The notes under the pieces are model-generated. The model searched no databases. It worked only from the letters and a program-made list of their open reading frames with translations, and was not told where the DNA came from. The position numbers were made by a program, and so were the translations under genes. Shown piece after piece: positions 36,439 through 44,829 of a DNA stretch of 64,000 nucleotides. The stretch is from an uncultured Gammaproteobacteria bacterium (GTDB taxonomy: Bacteria > Patescibacteriota > Microgenomatia > UBA8517). Position 1 is the stretch's first letter; each line of letters begins with the position of its first letter. The stretch covers positions 1,762-65,761 of the forward strand of contig CAZDKH010000008.1 of NCBI GenBank assembly GCA_964506225.1, written 5' to 3'.

Positions 36439-37264
36439 ATTTTTCCAGAAGAGAAATTATCTGCTTAGACCTGTCAACCGGATGAAAAATAGCCCGACTT
36501 TCACTTATAACCTCAACTGTTTTTTTTCTTCTCATATATAAAAATTGTAACTTTCGGGCCAATGTCTCAAAGATAGCAGTCAATGGATAAGGGGTGGTAT
36601 TTTGAGTTTTTGGCTTCATCACTTTTACAGCATTTGGCCAATAATTTCTAATCCACTTATTCTTCCAAATAAATCTCTCGTAAATTTTATCCCTATTGAC
36701 AAGAGGAATCACTTGAGCAATTTCATGGGCAGTATAAACATTTCTTTGCCTTTTATCCCAGGCAAGAGTTGATTCGTCAAGCCAGATATTCAAACAAATT
36801 TTGTCTTTTTGATTTGTATTAGAGAAACGTCTAAATTGAATTCCGGCAAGATAAAAAAGAAGGTAAGTCAGAAGTCTTGTTGTCCAAAGACAATTCCTAG
36901 AAGTTATCACCATAAAATCAATGTCAGAATTTTCATCAGCATTTTGCATAGCCAGTGCTCCTGTCAGAAAAACTCCCCTAACAAAAGGAATTAGCCCCAT
37001 CACCAGACTTGCTTTTTTTGCAATCTGAAGTTTGGCTTGATAATTTTTTTCTCTTTTTTTTCTAAGTAAAAGAGTATTCTCTCTGCCTTTCAAAAAAAGA
37101 TAACCATTTTTGTGCTCAATTTTTGGGATTTTTTTAAGTGTAAACTTCTTGGTAGTAACCCATCTTTCAAGGTCGCCTATACTTAGGGGGTAATCAAAAA
37201 GATCATGATAAATTAAAGAAAAGTAGTGCTTACTTTTTAGTCGGCGGCGCCATGATAAGACCAT
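36431..37264 (-). CDS. nucleotidyltransferase-domain protein (tentative)
   Basis: FLTGALAMQNADENSDIDFMVIT is a G(A/S)x9-12-DIDh NTase motif. 277 aa. 8-nt overlap with the downstream gene. Confidence 0.4.
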   Translation of the reverse strand: MVLSWRRRLKSKHYFSLIYHDLFDYPLSIGDLERWVTTKKFTLKKIPKIEHKNGYLFLKGRENTLLLRKKREKNYQAKLQIAKKASLVMGLIPFVRGVFLTGALAMQNADENSDIDFMVITSRNCLWTTRLLTYLLFYLAGIQFRRFSNTNQKDKICLNIWLDESTLAWDKRQRNVYTAHEIAQVIPLVNRDKIYERFIWKNKWIRNYWPNAVKVMKPKTQNTTPYPLTAIFETLARKLQFLYMRRKKTVEVISESRAIFHPVDRSKQIISLLEKYA

Positions 37265-38735
37265 AATCTGCTAAAACTTGGCTAACCCCCAAAGACGCAG
37301 TCTGTAAAGCGGCGGAAGGGGAAGTTCCAGCAACAACGGAGTTTACCGCATCTTCAAAGTATTTATTTATTCTTGTATTAATTCCGGTATCACCATCAAA
37401 AGTTCGAGATGCCAAATACCAACTCTGGGCTTTATTACCCTGACTGACAAAGGCTCCTGCTATTGGATCAGACGAAATCAAAGAAGCCATATCCACTCTT
37501 GGATATGGCTCTCCAAAGCGACGCAGCTTAGATTCATTCTCATAAAGTTTTTGTAGGGATTCCTTACTGGTAAGAAATTTCAGAAAATTCCAAGCTTCGG
37601 TTTTGACTTTGCTTTGCTTCCAAACTCCTTCTACCCAATAAGAAGCATAGGTGACATCTGCTTCGCCGGGGTTATCTTTTGGAATTTGAGGTACTGGATA
37701 AACCTTATATCTTAGCTTGGGATTGATTTGATCAATTTCAAATGCTCTCCAAGAGGGTGCAAAAAGAATTGCCAATTTTCCATTGGCAAACATAAATGTT
37801 GAAGGAGGAAGTGTAGAGTCCCAGGTTTTATTGACTGTGGCAAAGTAGGTAAAGTACTTAAGTGCGTTTTCAGCGTCTTCTCCAACGGGCTTTGACATTT
37901 TTACTCCATTCTGAAGCATCAAAAGCGCAAGAATCTCCTGCCAGTGGTCGACATTTTGAGTAAAACCCATTGCCAACCCAGAGCTTAGGATATTTCCCTC
38001 CTTATCTTTTATGGTAAGCTGCTGAGCTGTTTCTTTAAGCTCGTCCCATGTTGTGGGAGGACTTTTGGCAAAGCTTTCAAAGATATCCAAATTAATAAAC
38101 ATGGCCAGTGTATCAAAACCCAAAGGAATACCAACCAAATCCCTCCCCAGCGTCATATCCCTGGTAATAACCGGATAAAAGGTTTGTGAATACTCAGTTG
38201 CACTCATCACTGAGGAAGGCAGAGGATCAAGATAAGAAGCAAACATTGGAACCCAGGTGTTGTGTATGCGAAAGATGTCCGGCCCCTCCCCTTTTGAAAG
38301 AGAACGATCTAGCCTAACTCGATAGTCTTCTTTGGATTGTTTCAGATATTTGATTTTTATGTTTGGATTTTTTTCTTCATACTCGGCAATAAGAGGTAGG
38401 ATGACTGATTCATCCTCCCACAAACCCCACCATCTTATGGTTTTTTCGCCAAAAGGTGTCTCAAGTCCGGGCAAAGATATTTTTTTGGTAAAAATAAGGT
38501 AAAAAACAAAAGAAGTAATTAAAATAAGCGGAATCAAGAAAAATAAAAGCTTAACAAAAATACCACGTTTGGGTTTGGGGGTAGCTACAAAACCCGGAAA
38601 ACCAACTCCGGCCTGGCTAGGAGGCTGATTCGCCTGAGGTTGCTCAATCCCTTGGGGTTTGACAACCGGGGGCGGCGCCGGTGGAGTATAAACCGGCGGA
38701 ATTGACTGGGAATTATTAGTGTTTTGGACAGCCAT
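37230..38735 (-). CDS. membrane-anchored extracellular solute-binding protein (ABC, family 1-like)
   Basis: Pro/Gln-rich N-terminus and TM LLFFLIPLILITSFVFYLIF. Then an SBP-like body (IRWWGLWED..., PDIFRIHNTW, AILFAPSW). Confidence 0.6.
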   Translation of the reverse strand: MAVQNTNNSQSIPPVYTPPAPPPVVKPQGIEQPQANQPPSQAGVGFPGFVATPKPKRGIFVKLLFFLIPLILITSFVFYLIFTKKISLPGLETPFGEKTIRWWGLWEDESVILPLIAEYEEKNPNIKIKYLKQSKEDYRVRLDRSLSKGEGPDIFRIHNTWVPMFASYLDPLPSSVMSATEYSQTFYPVITRDMTLGRDLVGIPLGFDTLAMFINLDIFESFAKSPPTTWDELKETAQQLTIKDKEGNILSSGLAMGFTQNVDHWQEILALLMLQNGVKMSKPVGEDAENALKYFTYFATVNKTWDSTLPPSTFMFANGKLAILFAPSWRAFEIDQINPKLRYKVYPVPQIPKDNPGEADVTYASYWVEGVWKQSKVKTEAWNFLKFLTSKESLQKLYENESKLRRFGEPYPRVDMASLISSDPIAGAFVSQGNKAQSWYLASRTFDGDTGINTRINKYFEDAVNSVVAGTSPSAALQTASLGVSQVLADYGLIMAPPTKK

Positions 38736-38794
38736 ATTCTCCTCTAATTTTAGTCTATGCTTGATGTTATCATATTCAAAATATTAAAAGGAAG

Positions 38795-40546
38795 ATGAAA
38801 AAGACACCTTATTACCATAATATAATTCTCGCCTTTCTGGCGGCAAGCCTTTTTGTTGCCTTTTTACCTTTGGTTTTTGTCTTGTCTTTTTTGGGCAAAA
38901 TATACCCGGGTGTAAAGGTGGGGCAAATCTTTTTGGAAAATAAAAAAAAGGCCGAAGCACAAGAGATTCTTCGAGAAAGTATAAAAGTTCCCCCGGAGTT
39001 GGTCTTAACCCACGAACAACAAAACTTCAAAATTAACCTAAAAGAAATAGAATTTAATATAGATTTTCCACAAACAGTTCAGGCCGCATATCAATTTGCA
39101 CGAACCGGAAACCCAATTCCAGACATCGGCCACATACTTCAAATACTCATGAAGAAAGATTTCCAAATAGCCTTGCTAGTAAACTTTAATGAACAAAAGC
39201 TTGCTTCAGAGATTTCAAAAATTGCAGAACAAATTAATAAAGAAGCAGCCCATCCACGGGCAAGTCTGGAAAATGGAATACTGCAGATATTTGAGGGCAT
39301 ACAGGGGATTTCGGTTGATGAAAAGGCGCTTGAAAAGACAATAAAAACAAATCTAGCTTGGGGAAACTTCGAACCTATCTTAATCCCAGTTAAAATAACC
39401 AACCCCAGTCTTTCTGAAAAAGAGCTTAATATCTTTGAGGAAAGAGCTAAAAAATTGGTCAATAAAAAAGTGGAACTTACCAGCGAGAATCAAGAATTTG
39501 CCATTGAACAAGAGGAACTTTTGGCTATTCTTAATCCTTTCTATCCCGAACAAGAGCCCTATTTAGATGAAGTGATAAAAAAAATCCTTGATAACCTTAG
39601 ACCAAAAATAGAAAAAGAGCCTCAAAATCCAACCTTTATTTTTGCAGAGGATAGAATAACGGAATTTGCTCCGGCCAAGGATGGCTTAACAATCAACCAA
39701 GAAGAATTCAAACAAAAATTAATCGAGGCTTTATGGAAGCTAGAAAATGAAGATACTCAAAAGGTTACCTTTGAGGTTCCTGTAATCAAAACTCCACCAA
39801 AAATTCAAACTAAAGACATCAACAATCTTGGAATAGAAACCCTTATAGGTAAGGGCTCCTCGCGTTTCCGTGGTTCAACTGCTTCAAGAATACACAACAT
39901 AATTTTAGCCTCTTCGCGCCTGAATGGTCTGCTTATTGCTCCTGGAGAAATATTTTCGTTCAATAAAGCCCTAGGTGACGTATCCAAATTTACCGGTTAT
40001 AAGGAGGCCTATATTATTAAGGAAGGAAAAACTGTTCTTGGCGACGGGGGCGGGGTCTGTCAGGTCTCTACAACTTTGTTTAGAGCAGCACTTTCCGCTG
40101 GGCTTCCGATTATAGAAAGAAGGGCTCATTCATACAGAGTTTCCTATTATGAACAGGATACTAAACCCGGCTTTGATGCTACAGTCTTTGACCCAACCGC
40201 TGACCTTAAAATCAAAAACGATACCCCCGGCCACGTACTGATTCAAACGCATGTAGACAAAAAAACATCCACTTTGATTTTCGAACTTTATGGCACAAAC
40301 GACAAAAGGGTAGCAAGAACGACAAGTCCTGTAATAACTGATATTGTTCCCCCACCCGAGGATCTTTACATAGATGACCCCACCCTTGCCTTGGGACAAG
40401 TGAAACAAATCGAATACAAAGCTTGGGGAGCAAAAGTGCGCTTTGACTACACCGTTGAAAGAAGTGGAGAAATTATTTACCAAAAGACTTTCTACTCAAA
40501 TTACCGCCCATGGCAAGCCGTATATTTAAGAGGGACCCGGCCTTAA
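38795..40546 (+). CDS. VanW-family protein
   Basis: C-terminal GGGVCQVSTTLFRAALSAGLPIIERRAHS...YEQD is the VanW domain signature. N-terminal TM. Confidence 0.8.
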   Translation: MKKTPYYHNIILAFLAASLFVAFLPLVFVLSFLGKIYPGVKVGQIFLENKKKAEAQEILRESIKVPPELVLTHEQQNFKINLKEIEFNIDFPQTVQAAYQFARTGNPIPDIGHILQILMKKDFQIALLVNFNEQKLASEISKIAEQINKEAAHPRASLENGILQIFEGIQGISVDEKALEKTIKTNLAWGNFEPILIPVKITNPSLSEKELNIFEERAKKLVNKKVELTSENQEFAIEQEELLAILNPFYPEQEPYLDEVIKKILDNLRPKIEKEPQNPTFIFAEDRITEFAPAKDGLTINQEEFKQKLIEALWKLENEDTQKVTFEVPVIKTPPKIQTKDINNLGIETLIGKGSSRFRGSTASRIHNIILASSRLNGLLIAPGEIFSFNKALGDVSKFTGYKEAYIIKEGKTVLGDGGGVCQVSTTLFRAALSAGLPIIERRAHSYRVSYYEQDTKPGFDATVFDPTADLKIKNDTPGHVLIQTHVDKKTSTLIFELYGTNDKRVARTTSPVITDIVPPPEDLYIDDPTLALGQVKQIEYKAWGAKVRFDYTVERSGEIIYQKTFYSNYRPWQAVYLRGTRP

Positions 40547-40570
40547 TTAAGGAGTGTGTTAAAATTACTG

Positions 40571-41635
40571 ATGAGAATTTTGGCAATCGAAACAAGCTGC
40601 GATGAAACAGCTTCCTCTATTGTCGAAAATGGAACTAAGATAGTTTCCTCAGTTGTGGCCAGTTCGCTTAAGATACACGCAAAAACCGGAGGTATTATCC
40701 CCGAAATCGCCGCCCGTCAACAAGTTAAATCAATTCTCCCGGTAATCTCTGAAACTTTGGAATTAGGTTTGGGAAAAAGCTCGTCTGTAAACTTCAAGCA
40801 CCCCGGAATTGACGCCGTCGCTGTGACAATCGGCCCGGGTCTTATTGGATCTTTACTGGTTGGAGTGGAAACAGCAAAGACACTTTCTTATCTTTGGCAA
40901 AAACCAATTATTCCAGTAAATCACCTCGTGGGACACATTTATGCAAACTGGGTAGAAAGTAAGTCCAATAAAAAAAATATTGCCCCAGAATTCCCTGTTT
41001 TGGCATTGGTTGTCTCCGGCGGTCACACCGATTTGGTTATTATGAAAGGACACGGTAAACTCCAATGGATCGGAGGAACACGAGACGACGCTGCCGGAGA
41101 AGCATTTGACAAAACAGCAAGACTTTTAGGATTACCCTACCCGGGAGGGCCAGCCATCTCGTCTGCTGCTGAAAAATTCAAGATTCAGAATCCAAAATTC
41201 AAAATTAATTTACCAAGACCAATGGTTAATGAGAAAAATTTTGATTTTTCTTTTAGTGGATTAAAAACTGCTGTTTTAAAAGAGGTAGAAACTCTCAAAA
41301 AGAAAAAATTATTTAACGATTTAACAATCCAGATGCTGGCCCACGAAATACAAGAAGCTATAGTTGATTGTTTGGTTTTCAAAACAATGAGAGCAGTTGA
41401 AAAATACAAACCAAAAAGCCTGTGTCTAGCTGGCGGAGTTGCGGCAAACAAACGTCTTCGGGAATCTTTGGCCGCAAATTTAAAAGAGGGAAATTTGTCG
41501 CCCCGTTTGTACATGCCGGCAGTAAAACTTTGTACAGACAATGCCGTTTACATTGCTTCTGCCGCTTTTTATAATTTTAAACCAGTTCACTGGAGCAAAA
41601 TAAAAGCTCAACCAGAGTTAACAATCGCTCAGTAA
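40571..41635 (+). CDS. tsaD: tRNA N6-adenosine threonylcarbamoyltransferase TsaD
   Basis: MRILAIETSCDETA, VNHLVGH, SGGHT and LAGGVAAN motifs. The track ORF begins at GTG 40556. Confidence 0.9.
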   Translation: MRILAIETSCDETASSIVENGTKIVSSVVASSLKIHAKTGGIIPEIAARQQVKSILPVISETLELGLGKSSSVNFKHPGIDAVAVTIGPGLIGSLLVGVETAKTLSYLWQKPIIPVNHLVGHIYANWVESKSNKKNIAPEFPVLALVVSGGHTDLVIMKGHGKLQWIGGTRDDAAGEAFDKTARLLGLPYPGGPAISSAAEKFKIQNPKFKINLPRPMVNEKNFDFSFSGLKTAVLKEVETLKKKKLFNDLTIQMLAHEIQEAIVDCLVFKTMRAVEKYKPKSLCLAGGVAANKRLRESLAANLKEGNLSPRLYMPAVKLCTDNAVYIASAAFYNFKPVHWSKIKAQPELTIAQ

Positions 41636-41655
41636 AATAGTATAATTTGCTTTAA

Positions 41656-43797
41656 ATGGATAAAGTATTTAATCATAAAAACTACGAAGAAGAACTTTAT
41701 AATCTCTGGGAAAAAAGTGGAGTCTTTACACCCAAGATCACTGCCTCCAAAAAACCATTCTGTATTATTATGCCCCCTCCAAACGCCAATGATGACCTGC
41801 ATATCGGACACGCGCGTTTTATCACAGTTCAAGACATTCTAATTCGTTACAAAAGAATGAGAGGTTATTCCACTCTTTGGCTTCCTGGTGCTGATCATGC
41901 CGGCATCGAAACACAGTATGTTTTTGAAAAACGTTTGCGGCAACAAGGCAAGAGTCGCTTTGACTATGATTATGAAAGTTTATACAAAATGATTTACGAG
42001 TATGTATTTAAATACAAAGGCAATATGGAAAAGCAGTTGCGAAGAATGGGGGCTTCCTGTGATTGGACTCGCAATAAATTCACACTTGATGACAAGATAG
42101 TAAAAATAGTCTATAAAACTTTCAAAAAACTTTACGATGATGGACTTATCTATCGAGGAGAGCGAATAGTTAATTATTGTCCCGCTTGTGGCACTTCCCT
42201 TTCTGAACTTGAAGTGAAATATCAGGAAAGGGACGACCCCTTTTATTATCTTGATTATAAAACCGTTGTCATCGCAACAACTCGGCCGGAGACAATTTTT
42301 GCTGATGTAGCTGTGGCTGTAAACCCAAAAGATAAAAAATACAAAAAATTACTTGGTAAAAAAGCAGTTATCCCCCTTATCGAAAGGGAAATTCCAATTA
42401 TCCAAGACTCGCTTGTTGAAATAGGTTTTGGCACGGGTGCTTTAAAGATAACCCCGGGACACGACCCTCTTGATTTTGAAATCGGGAAAAAACACAAACT
42501 TGCAACTATTTCTGTAATAGATGATCAAGGTAAGATGGTTAACACTCCAGAAAAATATATCGGCTTAAAACCCCAAATGGCCAGAGAAGAAGTTTTAAAA
42601 GATTTAAAAACTAAAGGATTAATTAAAAAAATAGAAACTATTCATCACAGCGTGGGAACATGCTATCGCTGTGGTGGGGTTATTGAGCCATTAATAAGAA
42701 AGCAGTGGTTCTTAAAAGTTACTCCCCTTGCAAAAAAATCTCTTGATGCAATAAACAAAAAAGAGGTTGTTTTTGTCAGCAAAAAATTTGAAAAAATTGC
42801 CCGACACTGGTTCAAAAACTTAAAAGACTGGAACATAAGCCGCCAGATAATCTGGGGTATAAAAATTCCGGCTTGGAGGTGCGAAAAATGCCTTAACTGG
42901 ACAATAACCGAAGGAGAAACCCCCAAGGCGTGCAACTTATGCAATGGAAAAGTCCTTAAACAAGATTCAGACACGTTTGATACTTGGTTTTCGTCGGGCC
43001 AGTGGCCATATGCCACTCTCCTGGCCTCAAGTGAAGTCACCAATCTTCAATTTCCAATTTTAAATAAAAACAAAGATAAATTTAGCGATTTCGGCTATTT
43101 CTATCCAACATCGATTATGGAAACTGCATACGATATCCTGCCTTTCTGGGTAATCAGGATGATTATGCTTGGACTTTGGGCAACAGGTAAAGCGCCCTTT
43201 AAAGAAGTTTTAATACACGGCTTAGTCAGAGACAAACATGGGGCCAAAATCAGCAAATCCATTGGAAACGTAATCAATCCCCTTGTGATGATTGAAAAGT
43301 ATGGCGCCGACGCTCTGAGGATGGGGCTGGTCTGGGGGACATTGGTTGAAAACGACATTTCCTTATCTGAAGAAAACATCAAAGGCCAAAGAAACTTTGC
43401 AAACAAAATCTGGAATATTGCGCGTTTTATACTTAGCTATGATGGAGATAAAAAACCAATAAGAAATCCCCGTTCTTCTTTCCCTCAAGACAAAGCTATT
43501 CTGACTAATCTTAAAAAAACTGTCAAGAAAGTCACTAGGCTTTTGGAAAAGTACCGTCTTAATGAGGCAACCGAAGAATTGTATAGGTTTGTCTGGCATG
43601 ATTTTGCAAACACTTATCTTGAAAGTGCTAAAAAACGTCGTGACGAATCTCAAAAAATACTTCTTTGGGTCCTTCAAGAATCCTTAAAGATTCTTCACCC
43701 TTTTATGCCTTTTGTAACTGAGGCAATCTGGCAAATTGGCAAAGAGAATTTTGATTCCCCTTTATTAGCAAGCGCTTCTTGGCCTATACTAAAGTAG
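41656..43797 (+). CDS. valS: valyl-tRNA synthetase (short form, 713 aa)
   Basis: PPPNANDDLHIGHA (HIGH), TTRPETIFADVAVAVNPKD (ValRS CP1 signature) and KISKSIGN (KMSKS). Only 183 aa follow from KMSKS to the C-terminus. Confidence 0.9.
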   Translation: MDKVFNHKNYEEELYNLWEKSGVFTPKITASKKPFCIIMPPPNANDDLHIGHARFITVQDILIRYKRMRGYSTLWLPGADHAGIETQYVFEKRLRQQGKSRFDYDYESLYKMIYEYVFKYKGNMEKQLRRMGASCDWTRNKFTLDDKIVKIVYKTFKKLYDDGLIYRGERIVNYCPACGTSLSELEVKYQERDDPFYYLDYKTVVIATTRPETIFADVAVAVNPKDKKYKKLLGKKAVIPLIEREIPIIQDSLVEIGFGTGALKITPGHDPLDFEIGKKHKLATISVIDDQGKMVNTPEKYIGLKPQMAREEVLKDLKTKGLIKKIETIHHSVGTCYRCGGVIEPLIRKQWFLKVTPLAKKSLDAINKKEVVFVSKKFEKIARHWFKNLKDWNISRQIIWGIKIPAWRCEKCLNWTITEGETPKACNLCNGKVLKQDSDTFDTWFSSGQWPYATLLASSEVTNLQFPILNKNKDKFSDFGYFYPTSIMETAYDILPFWVIRMIMLGLWATGKAPFKEVLIHGLVRDKHGAKISKSIGNVINPLVMIEKYGADALRMGLVWGTLVENDISLSEENIKGQRNFANKIWNIARFILSYDGDKKPIRNPRSSFPQDKAILTNLKKTVKKVTRLLEKYRLNEATEELYRFVWHDFANTYLESAKKRRDESQKILLWVLQESLKILHPFMPFVTEAIWQIGKENFDSPLLASASWPILK

Positions 43798-44135
43798 TGG
43801 CAAAAAGAACTCAAAATGTTACTGCTTCTTATCTTTTGCTTTGTTTTGGAGTGGTTTTTATTCTTTTTTTAACTTCTCTAAACCTCCTCAGATTTAATGA
43901 AAATAAAAAAGTTTTGGGTATATCAACAAATTTAAAGAATAAAGAAAAAGAAATACGATTTTGGGAAAATATCGTAGTAAACCACCCAAGCTACAGGGAC
44001 GGATGGATTAATCTGGCAAAAATTGAGCTTTTTTATGGTAATCGGGATTATGCTATTGCCTGGTTTGAAAATGCCCAAAAAATCGATCCCAACTCCGCTT
44101 CTGTAGCGGAACTTAAAAATCTTCTAGGACTGTGA
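43779..44135 (+). CDS. membrane-anchored TPR-like protein
   Basis: TM LLLCFGVVFILFLTSL and one or two TPR-like helices (GWINLAKIELFYGNRDYAIAWFENAQKIDPN). Confidence 0.4.
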   Translation: MAYTKVVAKRTQNVTASYLLLCFGVVFILFLTSLNLLRFNENKKVLGISTNLKNKEKEIRFWENIVVNHPSYRDGWINLAKIELFYGNRDYAIAWFENAQKIDPNSASVAELKNLLGL

Positions 44136-44819
44136 TTTTTCCTCTTTTGGACCTTCTTCCCCACTTTGTTCCTTTGCTTCTGGGGGAGCTTCTTTAACCA
44201 CTTCCTCTTGTGGAGGAGGAGAAACAACCTCTTCCTTTTGCGGCGGTTCCACCTTGACAATTATTCTTTCCTTGGGAGTTTTAATCTCAATTTTTTCTTT
44301 ATCGTATTTGAGATCTCCAACTTTTATCAGCTGATCAACCTCAGAAAGTGTAGAAATATCTACTATAAACCTTTCAGGTAAATCTACAGGAAGAGCTTCA
44401 ACCTCCACTTCCTTGGTTTCTTGGACAACAGTACCTATACCACTTTTTTCAGCAGGAGATTCTCCAACAAACTCTACTGGAACAGTCGTTGTGACCTTCT
44501 CTTTAAGATCAACCTGTAAAAAATCAACATGCAACAATTCATCACTAACAGGGTCTTTCTGGAGATTGTGTATAAGAACCGGCTTTTCCTCTTTGCCTAA
44601 CAAAAGCTTGAGAAGACCAGTCTCTCCAACCTTTTTGTATATGGATTCAAGGTCATCTTTTTTAACCTGAATTGACTGAGATTTTATTTTCCTACCATAA
44701 ACACTGGCTGGAAGCCAACCCTGAGCCCTTAGTCTTTTTACTTTTCTGCCAAAAATTCTTCGCTCTTCTGCTTTTAAGGTCTCTCTAATTGTATTTTTGC
44801 TGTTTGTTGCTTTTTTCAT
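44124..44819 (-). CDS. rplY: 50S ribosomal protein L25/Ctc
   Basis: RRIFGRKVKRLRAQGWLPASVYG..., LHVDFLQV. Acidic/Pro-rich C-terminal extension. Confidence 0.85.
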   Translation of the reverse strand: MKKATNSKNTIRETLKAEERRIFGRKVKRLRAQGWLPASVYGRKIKSQSIQVKKDDLESIYKKVGETGLLKLLLGKEEKPVLIHNLQKDPVSDELLHVDFLQVDLKEKVTTTVPVEFVGESPAEKSGIGTVVQETKEVEVEALPVDLPERFIVDISTLSEVDQLIKVGDLKYDKEKIEIKTPKERIIVKVEPPQKEEVVSPPPQEEVVKEAPPEAKEQSGEEGPKEEKSQS

Positions 44820-44829
44820 GAGAAAAGCT

